Of a stretch of DNA of 64,000 nt, positions 1 through 12,276 are shown piece after piece. The notes under the pieces were generated by a model. The model saw only the letters and a list, made by a program, of their open reading frames with translations, searched no databases and was not told where the DNA came from. A program made the translations under genes and the position numbers. Origin of the DNA: Blastocystis sp. Blastoise (lineage: Eukaryota > Protista > Bigyra: Opalinata); the NCBI GenBank assembly GCA_039096225.1, contig JBBPEB010000034.1, positions 310,001-374,000 of the forward strand. Direction: 5' to 3'. Position 1 is the first letter of the stretch. Every line of letters starts with the position of its first letter.

Positions 1-404
1 TAATCGAATCAATACTTTTATAGAAATCATGTCAAAAACACTTTTTGAACCCTTTATGGTTTTGCGGTTTTCTCATAAGTGGCTCGTTTTATCCTTTGTT
101 GATGTTTCTATAGATAGTAATGTATATAATTTATATTATTGAACCAAGAATGGCACTATTCCAATATCAAACAGTTCAGAAAAAACTCATTTCTATACAT
201 CAGTGTTCTACTGCATATTAAACAAGAACTACATTACTCTTACTATGATTTGAAGAATACTAGAAAACTTGCAAAGAAAAACTAATTTTTATGTGAATAT
301 ATGTAGAAATCCGTGTAGAAAAGCAAATAATTCTGGGAAAAAGCCAAGAATTGTAAAACAACCCTATTGTATATCTTATCAATCTTGAATAGAGATAAAT
401 AAAT

Positions 405-3400
405 ATGGATATGAATATCCCTCTTAAACTCTCACTCGATGATAAAAATGAGAATAATAGACTATTACTAGCAATGGATGCCTTACAAAAGCGGATTGTT
501 TCGGTTCCAAAAGATAGCGACGAAGCGAAGTATCTACTTAAAGAGCTAAAGGAGTTCAATCCTGATCAAATAATTGATGATGATTTCGATATCAATAAAA
601 ATTATGAGCCTGTGAAAGCAAAAAGTATACGTGTATATATATTATCTGTCATGTCTGTGTTATTTTATATATTTTTTTTATTTATTATTTATTAATATCA
701 TTTGACGCCTCTTTACATGGTGCATCGTTATAGTCTACCATTATTTATATAGTATTATCAGCAGAATCTGTATATAATGGAGACTTATATCATGGAAAGA
801 TGAATGGTTATGGTTGTTTAATATGTTATAATCCTGATGTAATGCCTATTCGTCTCTACAATGGTTATTTTAAGAATGATCAATTTGATGGTGAAGGAAG
901 TGTTATATATACATATGGAGATACTTACAATGGTACATTTCAAAATGGTGTTCCTCATGGAAAAGGGAAATATCAATATCATAATTTAGATTGTTATATA
1001 GGTTCTTTTAGTAATGGAGTTCGTGATGGTGAAGGTATATTTACAGATTCCAACGGTTCTCAAATAGTTGGTCATTGGAAGAATAATAAAATGCATGGTT
1101 ATTGTAAATTAATTAGTGATACAAATCATTTTGAAGGTGATTTTGTTGATGGTATAAAACAAGGTGAAGGAAAAGATTATAAAAATAATCATCTTGTATA
1201 TGAAGGTCATTATGATAAAAATATGCGTAATGGATATGGTTATTCTTATTACTCTGTTTTAAAGACTTCTGGAGAAGAAGTTATTGAATATGAAGGTAGT
1301 TTTTGTGATGATTGCCGTCACGGTAAGGGAGTATTATATACTTTATATGGAGATGCTTATGAAGTTATGTATTATAAAGATAATATTATATATAGAGGAG
1401 TATGTTATTATAGAGATGGATCTTATGAATCTTGTGCTTGTATTAATTTGAATCTTGATGGCTATAGAGTGTCTTATTTTAATGATGGAAGTATACGTAG
1501 TAGTCATTATAAAGATAATAAGCAACAAGGATTAGGAAGTGTATATTATGAATCTGATTGTTGTGCTGCTGGAGATTGGGAGAATGGATCAATTACAGGA
1601 TATGGTGTTGAATATATAAACGATTTAGATATTTATCGTGGAGATATTACTATGTTTAAGCGTCATGGATATGGATATATACAATATACAAATGGTATTT
1701 CTTATTATGGTTTTTGGGGGAATAATTTATATGAAGGAAAAGGAGAACTTTATTATCCAAATGGAGATACTTTTGTAGGATATTTTCATGAAGGAATGAA
1801 AGAAGGTGTAGGTATATTAACCTGTCATGATGGTAGTTCTTTCCGTGGAAATTATTCAAAGAATCTTAAGAATGGTTATGGTATATATGATTTTGGTGAT
1901 GGTACTATATATGAAGGTCATTTTAAAGATGATATTCGTGATGGATTTGGTAAACTTACTTTTGATGATGGAATGATATATACAGGTCCATTTGAAGATG
2001 GAAAAGCACAAGGGTATGGACGAATGGATTATAAAGATGGTACATTATATGAAGGATATTTTGAACAGAATTGTAGAGAAGGTCAAGGTACATATAAATA
2101 TGCATCTGGTGATATTTATAATGGATTATTTCATAAAGGTGTTTTTCATGGGAAAGGATCTATTCAATATATAAATGGCAATATATTCACGGGATACTTT
2201 GAAAATGGATATAAACAAAAAGGAACAATGGAATATTCTAATGGAGATGTATTTGTAGGTAAATAGTTATTATTATTAGTATTTTTTTTTTTTAATTATT
2301 AATATATATTTATACTTTTATATATATATATTATGTATCCTATATGTATAGGTATATATCAAAAAAATAGTCATAATTGTTTTGGTGAATATATATATAA
2401 GAATAAGAATAAATATATTGGAGAGATGACAAACAATAAACGTGAAGGTTATGGAACATTTTTAGAAGTAAAAACAAGTTATTATAAAGGTTATTGGAAA
2501 GATGATAAGCCAAATGGTCTTGGAAATAAATGGGAATTCTATGGAGAGTATTATAGTGGTCCTTTTATTGATGGTCAAAAGGAAGGTATTGGTTTTTCTA
2601 TGGATTATCGAGGTACTTTGTTTTTTGGACATTTCCATAAAGATAAACAAGATGGTATTGGGTGTGTTCTAGATGAATCAGGTATTATTATATTTATATT
2701 TATATTTATTATTATGTTATTATTTATTATTTTATTATTATGTTTATTATTTTTATTATTATATTTATTATTATTATGTTTATTATTATTATTATTATTA
2801 TTATTATTTTGTTTATTATTATGTTATTATTATGTTTATTATTATGTTATTATTTATTATTATTATTATTAATATTAAATTTATTAATATTATATAGGTT
2901 TTTATTACATTGGTAGTTTCCATAATAATTATTATGAAGGATATGGTCTCTTATATGGTAATGATGTTCTATATATGGGTCACATGGAGAAGAATAAGAA
3001 GAATGAGTTTGGGTTACTATGTACTGGTACATATACTCTTGTTGCTTCCTTTAAACAAAGTGAGATAAGTAAAATTATAAAGGAGCATGGAGTGCTTTTA
3101 GATGATGATGTTAATAATAATAATGATAATAATAATAATAATAATATCTCAGATAATAATAATATCTCAGATAATAATAATAATAATATCTCAGATAATA
3201 ATAATATCTCAGATAATAATAATAATATCTCAGATAATAACAATACTCCTTCAGAAACAGCACAATCATTCAATCATAATAAGGATAATGTGAATGAAAA
3301 GAAGCCAATATATGAGACTAATGATTATATTGATATAGGTATAACTATGGAAAGTCTTATTTGTTCTTTAGAAAGTTTTGAAGAGAAAAAAGGTCTTTTT

Positions 3401-4186
3401 TTTAATGATACTATAGAACCATATACTGATGTAACTACAAAGAATGTTGAAAATACACAAATGGATACAGTTATTCATGAAACAACTACTGTTAAGGAAG
3501 AAATACTTGATGATGATGATGATGAAAATGATGAAAATAATAATAATAATAATAATAAAGATATTGATATTGATAATAATCATAATCATAATCATAATAA
3601 TAACAAAAAAGATAATAATAATAATATATCAAAGGATTCTCCTAAAGCATCTATTACTTTATTAGATTGTTATTATAAATCAAAAAAAGATATCTATTAT
3701 TTAATGAATTATCGTCATATTTGCGCTTTACCTACTATTAAAAAGCATTTAGAATCTTTAAAAGATATGAATACTATAATTATTAGAATGATCGATCTAA
3801 GTGTTAAATCAAATAATTTAAATATATTATTAGAAACATTAGATCAAGCTCCAGATTATATATCTATGAATTCTTTGAATATCCCTTCTACAAATCACCA
3901 AGAAACAAACGAAACAGAAACATCTTCTTCTTCTCTTCAAAATAATTCTATAAATGAAATAAATACTTCCGATTCTCAAGAAAATGTTGAAAAATTAGAT
4001 GAATCTACATTGAATAACAGAGTAGAAATACAAAATGAGAGTCAAAAATCTTTAGAAAAACGAGTTGAACAATTAACAGATAGTCGAAATAAGATGATAG
4101 AAAATATAAAGAAACTAATTGATGATTATTTAAAACAATGTGATGAGTATCAATCATTAATTGTTCAAATATGTGATACTCTATAA
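405..4186 (+). CDS. MORN-repeat protein, 4 exons (~405-632, 734-2258, 2352-2681, 2898-4186), with Asn-rich linker and C-terminal coiled-coil-like region
   Basis: Many YxGxFxxGxxxGxG MORN repeats in ORFs 800..2266 and 2333..2872. GT-AG introns (e.g. 633-733) join the ORFs in frame by manual splicing. Confidence 0.85.
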
Positions 4187-4508
4187 ATATGATTTTTTTT
4201 TATGCTTTTTGTTTTTTATATATATACAATTTATAGAGTATATTACTTGATGCATATTATCATTATTTAACCGAAAAAAAAGTATTTATGAAAAACTAAC
4301 AAAACAATATAAATCATGCAAAAGATTTTATATAACTCTATATATTACTTTTTAAAAATAAAATAAAAATTATATAAAAAAAATTTAAAATAGCAAAAAA
4401 AAAGCAAGCAATGACTAGCTAAAAGAAGGAGAAAAATAATAAATAATTCTTTAATAGTACAAGTATCAATGAAATAGACATCTTTTGAAGAAGTGAATTA
4501 AATATTAT

Positions 4509-6107
4509 TTAAATATGAACACCAAATTCAGAATAATCTGGTAATCCAGGAATAACATATTGCTTAAAGTTTTCAACAAACTTTCCAGCTAATTCACGAG
4601 CAGAAGAATCATAAGCTTCTTTATCTTCCCAAGCATTCTTAGGAATAAGAGTATCAGGTTCAATACCTTCAATATCAGTAGGAACTTCAAGGTTAAAGAG
4701 ATCATCATGAACAAAGTGGCAATTTTCAATTTCACCAGTAAGAATAACATCAATAATTCTTCTAGTAATAGGAATAGCCATTCTATGACCAACACCATAA
4801 CGACCACCAGTCCAACCAGTATTAACTAAATAAGCATGAGTATTATGCTTTTGCATCTTTTCACCAAGAAGTTTAGCATATTCAACAGGATTTAATAATA
4901 AGAAAGCACCACCAAAACAAGGAGAGAATGTAGCAACAGGTTCTTTAATACCACGTTCAGTACCAGCAACTTTAGCAGTATAACCACAAAGATAATGATA
5001 CATAGCTTGACCAGGAGAAAGTCTAGATACAGGAGGAAGAACACCATAAGCATCACAAGTTAAGAAGATAATATTCTTAGGATGAGTAGCACATGAAGTA
5101 GGTTCATGATTAGGAATATGTTCAAGAGGATAAGAAACACGTCCATTTTCAGTCTTTTCATTATTATAGAAATCAACAGAAGTATCTTCGTTTACCCAAA
5201 CATTTTCTAAAAGAGCATTTTTACGAATAGCGCTATAAATGATAGGTTCATTCTTTTGAGAGAGATTTGTAGTTTTAGCATAACAACCACCTTCTAAGTT
5301 GAAAATACCGTCGTCATCCCAACCATGTTCATCATCACCAAGTAAGAAACGATTAGGATCAGCAGAAAGAGTAGTCTTACCAGTACCAGAAAGACCAAAG
5401 AAGACAGCAGATTCACCATTGTCACCACGATTAGCAGAACAATGCATAGAAAGTACTCCTTGAAGAGGTAACCAATAGTTCATAAGAGAGAAAATACCCT
5501 TCTTCATTTCACCACCATATTTAGCAGCAAGAATTAAACCAAGTTTCTTTTCAATATTAAAGCCAACAAAAGCTTCAGAGTGAAGACCTTGTTCTTGCCA
5601 TCTCTTGTTGACAAGACCCTTAGATACATTAATAATAGTCATATCAGGAACAAAAGATTTCTTTTCTTCTTCAGATTTAATTTCAATGAACATATTCTTG
5701 ACAAAATGAAGTTGCCAAGCATATTCAACAATAAAACGAATCTTCTTATGAGTTTTAGCAGAAGCACCACAATAACATTCATAAAGATATACATCCTTAT
5801 CAGCAAGATATTCTTTGACATCTTCATAGACTTGATCAAAGATAGCAGGATCAACAGATTTGTTAGGAGGAAGTTTACTCCACCAAACATGATCTTCAGA
5901 TGGCTTCTGTTTTACGACATATTTATCTTGAGGAGAACGTCCAGTATAAACACCAGTATCTACATTGATACAGCCCATATCCGTAAGAGTGCCTTCTTTA
6001 TTTTGAACTTCAGCCTTCAAGATATCATCATAGCTAAGGTTTGAATAGAGGTCATGTAACTTCAGATCATAAGCTTTATTAATAGTTTCAAGCTGAGGAT
6101 TAGACAT
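4509..6107 (-). CDS. pckA: Phosphoenolpyruvate carboxykinase (ATP), intronless, 532 aa
   Basis: TGRSPQDK, YGGEMKKGIFS, MHCSAN, P-loop FFGLSGTGKTTLS, LLGDDEHGW, EGGCYAK, TENGRVSYP and YLVNTGW are all ATP-PEPCK motifs. Confidence 0.97.
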   Translation of the reverse strand: MSNPQLETINKAYDLKLHDLYSNLSYDDILKAEVQNKEGTLTDMGCINVDTGVYTGRSPQDKYVVKQKPSEDHVWWSKLPPNKSVDPAIFDQVYEDVKEYLADKDVYLYECYCGASAKTHKKIRFIVEYAWQLHFVKNMFIEIKSEEEKKSFVPDMTIINVSKGLVNKRWQEQGLHSEAFVGFNIEKKLGLILAAKYGGEMKKGIFSLMNYWLPLQGVLSMHCSANRGDNGESAVFFGLSGTGKTTLSADPNRFLLGDDEHGWDDDGIFNLEGGCYAKTTNLSQKNEPIIYSAIRKNALLENVWVNEDTSVDFYNNEKTENGRVSYPLEHIPNHEPTSCATHPKNIIFLTCDAYGVLPPVSRLSPGQAMYHYLCGYTAKVAGTERGIKEPVATFSPCFGGAFLLLNPVEYAKLLGEKMQKHNTHAYLVNTGWTGGRYGVGHRMAIPITRRIIDVILTGEIENCHFVHDDLFNLEVPTDIEGIEPDTLIPKNAWEDKEAYDSSARELAGKFVENFKQYVIPGLPDYSEFGVHI

Positions 6108-6457
6108 GATGTGTAATAATATAATAGTTTATAGAGTATTGGAATAAATACTTAAATATATATTCTAGAATATACTTTTTTAATGTAAATCGAAAGTAAA
6201 ATGATTTATGCAAAAAGATTTAATCAAAAAATAGAAAACAGTGACAAATCCTGAGATATGAAGATAACCTAGCTCTATTCGGAACTGGAACTATTAGCCA
6301 CACAAATAACAGAAAAATTCCCTTTATAAAGATCATTCTAATGAGTCGTCGGGGAAATGGAGAATCGAGAATTCTTAACGCATATCTATGGAAGAAAAAG
6401 GGATGTGTAATGGTGATCCACCGATTGTCAATTCGCCTAGGCTCCGAAACAATGGTA

Positions 6458-8125
6458 CTGGGTTTTTCATAAACAATAATGAAAATTTTACAAATTTTCG
6501 TGATTTTTCACAAACATTCGTTTTTTTTTCATTTAGATTCGCGAAAATTTCATTTGATTTAATAAAAATTTTACTTTATTTCACTTTATTTTTATAAATA
6601 TTCGTAATTTTTCACTTTGATTAATTTTTTTTCATTTAAATTTAATAATTTTTTCATTTAAATTAACGTAAGTATTTTTGACTTTTGACCCTTTTTTTTA
6701 ACTTTTATAAACATATAGACTATGAGCGAAAACAATTTAAGCCGAAACCAGCGAGGCCATTATTCCATCATTACTGATGAGACGAGAAAGCGAATTATTG
6801 ACTTTTATACAAGCGGTGCCACCGATTTCTCAAGTTTTTGTCAAACTATGAAGGTTAATGAAAGTACTGCCCGATCAATCATTTCAAGTTATGTTAAAAA
6901 TGGAAAAGTTGTCCGTCAAGTTCCTTCGGGTCGAAAAGCAAAAGTTGTTAGTCAAGAAATGAAAGATCAAATTATAAATTCAATTGATGAAAACTGCTGT
7001 ATTACTTTAGGTCAAATTAGAGGAAAATTAATCGCGGTTTTTCCTGGTCAAGAAATTCCTTCGGTTTCCACTATTTTTAGAACCATAAATGGTCTTTTCT
7101 ATTCGACGAAAAAGGTTCAAATTTCTCCTGCTGATCGAAATTCTCCAACCACAATCGAGAAACGTCATGAATACGCTGACTGGTTGGCTAGCAATAGAGA
7201 CAGTTTTAACTTCGTCTACGTTGACGAATCTGGCTTTAATTTATGGGAAAAAAGAATTTTTGGCCGAAGCAAGATAGGTTCTCCCGCAATTATGGTTGTT
7301 GATGGTCAACGTGGTTGTAACATTTCATTGGTTCTTGCTATTAGTGGTCTTCGGGGAAACGTTCATCATCAATTTTTCCGCAATTCTGTTGGTTCCGAGC
7401 AATTTCTTGAATTTCTTACTGGTTTATGCGAGACACTTCGTGGAATTTCAACTGCTAAGCCGTTTTGCATTATAATGGATAATTGTTCCATTCATAAAAC
7501 CAAGGAAATCCTTGATTTTTTAGGCGCTTCTGGTATTGCTTTTCATTTTCTTCCGCCTTGGTCCCCTTTTTTGAACCCAATTGAAGAGTCCTTTTCTTCA
7601 ATTAAAACAAAAGCTAGAAGCAATATTGCTTCTTTTGACTGGTCTAAGGAAAACATTCTGTCAGAAGCCAGAGCTCATGAAATGACATTACTCGATTATC
7701 GATATTTCATTCTTGAGCTCATGGTAACTGACAGTTTCCCGTCTAGTCTGACTATTGAGAACGTCCAAAAGTGGGAACAACACTCAATGGACTTCTTAAG
7801 AAGATGTCAGAATGATGAAATCATTCTTTAAGTTATTTTTTAAGTTTTTTTTTTATAAAAGTGTTGTTTAGTTGTTAAAATGTTAAAAAAAAGGGTCAAA
7901 AGTCAAAATAAAAATAACTAATTTAAATGAAAAAATTATTAAATTTAAATGAAAAAAAATTAATCAAAGTGAAAAATTACGAATATTTATAAAAATAAAG
8001 TGAAATAAAGTAAAATTTTTATTAAATCAAATGAAATTTTCGCGAATCTAAATGAAAAAAAACGAATGTTTGTGAAAAATCACGAAAATTTGTAAAATTT
8101 TCATTATTGTTTATGAAAAACCCAG
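6458..8125 (+). mobile_element. Intact Tc1/mariner (IS630-Tc1-mariner) DNA transposon with ~245-bp terminal inverted repeats and TA target-site duplication
   Basis: The left end CTGGGTTTTTCATAAACAATAATGAAAA (6458) is the reverse complement of the right end ...ATTGTTTATGAAAAACCCAG (8125). The match extends to ~6702/7882 with one short divergent patch. TA at 6456-6457 and 8126-8127. Confidence 0.95.
6722..7831 (+). CDS. DD34E transposase, 369 aa, intronless
   Basis: N-terminal HTH-like region; VYVDESGF, IIMDNCSIH, FLPPWSPFLNPIEESFS; 34 residues counted between the second Asp and the Glu. Confidence 0.95.
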   Translation: MSENNLSRNQRGHYSIITDETRKRIIDFYTSGATDFSSFCQTMKVNESTARSIISSYVKNGKVVRQVPSGRKAKVVSQEMKDQIINSIDENCCITLGQIRGKLIAVFPGQEIPSVSTIFRTINGLFYSTKKVQISPADRNSPTTIEKRHEYADWLASNRDSFNFVYVDESGFNLWEKRIFGRSKIGSPAIMVVDGQRGCNISLVLAISGLRGNVHHQFFRNSVGSEQFLEFLTGLCETLRGISTAKPFCIIMDNCSIHKTKEILDFLGASGIAFHFLPPWSPFLNPIEESFSSIKTKARSNIASFDWSKENILSEARAHEMTLLDYRYFILELMVTDSFPSSLTIENVQKWEQHSMDFLRRCQNDEIIL

Positions 8126-8416
8126 TACATATAATTAATGTTAATTATTTTTTATAGGTTATGACTGAGAATACAAACAATAATCAAGAATATTTTGAAA
8201 CAATAATAAATGGGGCTGATTTCCGATTAGGGCTAACGACTAAGTCGAGATTTATAGATTTTTTAGGAAATAGACTGGAGATATGGATTTATTTACGACT
8301 ATTTTAGGAATTATTTCCTGATCTCCAGTTTCTTCGTTTGTATGTGTCAATTCTAGAATAGATTATTAATTTTAATAAAGTTGTTACGTTTTTTATCTCG
8401 CTCATTCACTACAAAA

Positions 8417-10074
8417 ATGCCTATTTGTTTCACAGAGTATGTTCCTTTTGAAATATATTTTTATTTGATATCCAAAACTTAGGTCCTTAGACCAAATTCT
8501 TGCTCAATTACCTGGTAATAAGAATGTTTGGAAATATATGTTAAATGTTACTCAAATTCCCAGAGGTTCTAATGGTAAAGGAGAAAATTTCCGTCATCTT
8601 AAAATTCAAAAGTATCTCAAGGAAACTGCAGAATCTTTAGGTCACGAAGTTATTGTAGAACCTTGTGGAAACTTAGTTATTCGTAAGAAGGCTACTCCAG
8701 GCTTTGAAAGTAAACCTACTGTATGTCTTCAATGCCATATGGATATGGTATGTCAAAAAGATGATAATGTCACTATCGATATGGGAACAGATCCTCTTGT
8801 TCCTCGTATTGTTGGTGAGAATTTAATGGCAACTGGTACTTCTTTAGGTGCTGATGATGGTGCTGGTATTGCTACTATTTTTGCTATTCTTGAAGATGAT
8901 TCTTTTAATCATGGTCCTATTGAAGTTTTAGTTACTCGTGATGAAGAAACAGGATTAAATGGAGCTAATGCACATGAAGTTGGATTATTAAAATCTCAAT
9001 ATTTTATTAATTGTGATTCTGAAGAACAAGATGCTATTTGTATTGGTTGTTCTGGTGGTACTAGTCTTGAAATGGAATTAGGAACTGTTCGTGAAAACCG
9101 TGATGGTTTTGTAAAGAAGTGTCTTACTTTAAATAATTTTATTGGTGGACATTCAGGTTGTGATATTCAATTAGGTAGAGCTAATCCTATGAAAGTTATG
9201 AGTAGACTTTTAAAGTCTTGTAATTTTGATGATTATAGATTAGTTTCATTTGATTGTGGTACTGCTCGTAATGCTATTCCTCGTAAATGTGTTGCTGATG
9301 TAGCTATTGTTTCTGATAAAGTTGATTCTTTTATAAGTACTATTCAGAAGACTTTTGCTTCTTTTACTCATGAATATAAGAAGATAGAAACAGAAGCTAC
9401 TTTAGATATAGCAGATTCTACTAGTGAATTAATTCCTTTAGATCTTTCAAGTACAAAACGTTTTGTTCATTTTACTAATGTTTTCCCTTTTGGTCCTCAA
9501 CGTTGGTCTCCTGATGTTGCTGGATTAGTTGAAACTTCTGTTACTTGTGCTATGTGTAAAACTCATACTCCTGATTGTATGACTTTTACATGTTCTATTC
9601 GTTCTTCTGCTCAATCTCAAATTGATGAAGTATGGAATAGAATTGAATCTATTTGTGATCTTACTCAAACTCATATTACTCAAAAGATGGCTGTGTATGT
9701 TTTTTTTTTTTATTTATTATTATTATTTTTATTTAATTTTTATTTATTTATTATTATTATATATTATTAAAATATAATTATGATAATATTTCTATATATA
9801 TAGTTATCCTGGATGGGAACCTAATGTTGATAATCTTTTAAATAAATATCTTGAAGAATCTTATGTAGAAGTTACTCATAAACAACCTAAAGTATATGCT
9901 ATTCATGCTGGTCTTGAATGTGGTATTATTACTTCTAAATATCCTAATATGATTTGTTCTTCAATTGGACCTGAAGTCAAACATCCTCATAGTCCTCAAG
10001 AAAAATTATTAATTTCTTCTGTTCAACCTCTTTATGAAGTTCTTGTCAAAACTCTTGAAAAATTAGCTAAATAA
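8417..10074 (+). CDS. pepD: Aminoacyl-histidine dipeptidase (PepD, peptidase M20C), 3 exons
   Basis: LQCHMDMV, SLGADDGAG, RDEETGLNGA, INCDSE, GGHSG, RNAIPR. Spliced last exon gives YPGWEP, IHAGLECG, IGPEVKHPHSPQE. A short 5' exon (MPICFTE) is joined by a GT-AG intron. Confidence 0.93.
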
Positions 10075-10851
10075 ACCTTTATTCTGCTTTTCGCTTATTG
10101 CTTTTCCTAAATTTTATAAAATGTTCGTGAGTGATCAACTCATACACGTGTTGATTTTATTTATTTTTCTCTAGTTGAATCATTTATTTTATTTTATTTA
10201 CTGTTTTCAATTGACATGCTTGTTTTGTTTATGCTTTATTCACAAAATTCATTGACTATCATGTAATTAATACTTTTTTTGCTAATCAGCATTTTCTATA
10301 GACTTTTTAGTTACTTGTTATATTGTTTTATAATAATTATTATTCATTAATAACGAAATGAATGATAATTGCTCAATTATATTTGTTTGTAACTCAAATA
10401 ATAATTATTTATTGGTTACAATACAATGTTTATTTTATAAAAACACTCCTATTTCTTTCATTACAATTCATAATATTAAAATACACATCTTTTTAACTTT
10501 TAGACTAAAAATTCTAATAAAAACAAAAAGAATAGTTCAAAAAAATAGTTTTTATATATTTTTTAAAACTATTCATTTATTTATTACTAATAAAACATTT
10601 TTTATAGACTATAGATGGATTTTGTTACAAATACATGCTTTATTCTAAATTTGATGTAATTGATTCAACTAACTTCGAACATTTTTTTATTTTATGTATT
10701 TTTATTACTAATACCTATTTGGTCACAATAAGTAACATTAATTAAATAGGAAATTATTTAAAAATATCGTTTCAATAAGAATTAAATATAAACTTCTAAT
10801 CAGATTGTCCTTCAGTCCTAATTTTATCAAAACCCGAAATGTTTGTTAGGC

Positions 10852-11005
10852 ATACTTACCTTGTGGGGGCTCGGTCGTGATCATGCAGGCGACTGACCTG
10901 AGGTGGAGCAAGCCTTTGCACTCTGGCGTTGTAATATCTCAAGCTTTCATTTTTGGAATCTACCACACAATTTTTGGGGTTGGAGGTTGCGCTTGCGCAC
11001 CTCCC
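10852..11005 (+). ncRNA. U1: U1 spliceosomal snRNA
   Basis: GC-rich island starting ATACTTACCT; stem-loop I loop GATCATGCAG (U1-70K site); stem-loop II loop TTTGCACTCT closed by GCC/GGC (U1A site); Sm site AATTTTTGG; terminal hairpin GGAGGTTGC-GCTT-GCGCACCTCC. Confidence 0.95.
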
Positions 11006-11251
11006 TATCATATTAATTTAATTTTCGATTTTTAAAGAGTTGTTCTTCTGTTTTTATAAAAATGAGTTGTTACATAATTTAGATATAAAAATTTAAAAGA
11101 TTAAAAAACACATTTTGTTTGGAAAATTCTTTTTTTTTCATAGAAATTCTTAAGATAATCATGAAACACTAAAATGACCAAGAAATAAATGATTTATTTT
11201 TATTATAAAAGTTCTTGAAGCTATAATTGTATATAGTAGAAAGTTAACATA

Positions 11252-12245
11252 ATGGGGAATATAAATTCTTATATTTCGATGCCAGCTAGTGATTACGACA
11301 AGCGTTGTGTATGTTTTTAGTTACATTGTTTTGTCTATTGAAATAATTTATTTTTGTAGAATCCTACTACTGTGGCGGTACCTATCAATGATGATTACGT
11401 ATATAGACAAGTTGGTTATGAAAAAGAATTACTAACAACTGCTTTTCCTAATGAAGATGAGTCTATTGATAATAGTTTGTATGTTTGTATTTTTATATAT
11501 TCTAAATCTTGAGGATATACATATATATATTTACACAGCTCAATGTTACAACGTTCTGCTAGACTTTATTCTGATTATCAATGTCTTGGTCAAAGACCTA
11601 AATATAAGAATGGTGAATTTGGATAGTAAGTAATTTGTAAACTAATATTATTAGATGAGAAATAGTATTAGAGATATATTAATATTCTATATGAATTATT
11701 AATATATATATTTTTTAATAATTGAAGAATTTACATTTATATATATATTTATAGTTATCAATGGATAAGTTATCGTGAACTTTATGATATTGTTGTTTAT
11801 TTTGGTCGTGGTATTCGTAAATGTTTTCCTTTCTTAACAAGACAGAGTATTGTGGGTATGTACGGAAAGAACACGAGACAATTACAAATGTACTCGTTAG
11901 GTATGCAGAGTCAAGTATATATTTTTATTCTTATACATTTATATAGTAAATATATATGAATCATATATAATTTTTTATATTATTTTGATTTTTTATAATT
12001 TTATATGAAATATATTATTTTATATTAGTTTCTTTTTATTATATATTATATATTATATAATATATATATATTATATATATATAGGATATGACAATTGTTC
12101 CAATAAGTGAAACTATGAGTTTAAGCGATTGTAAGTATATTCTGAATCATTCTGAACTCTCTGTAATTGCTGTCAATTCATCAACTGCTGAAAAATTATC
12201 AACAATAATTGGTATTATATATTTATATAATATACATAATATACA

Positions 12246-12276
<31 letters not shown>

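Noticed and set aside
6388-6597. 69-aa ORF upstream of the transposase
   Set aside because: It runs from the flank into the left TIR; chimeric with no coding signal.
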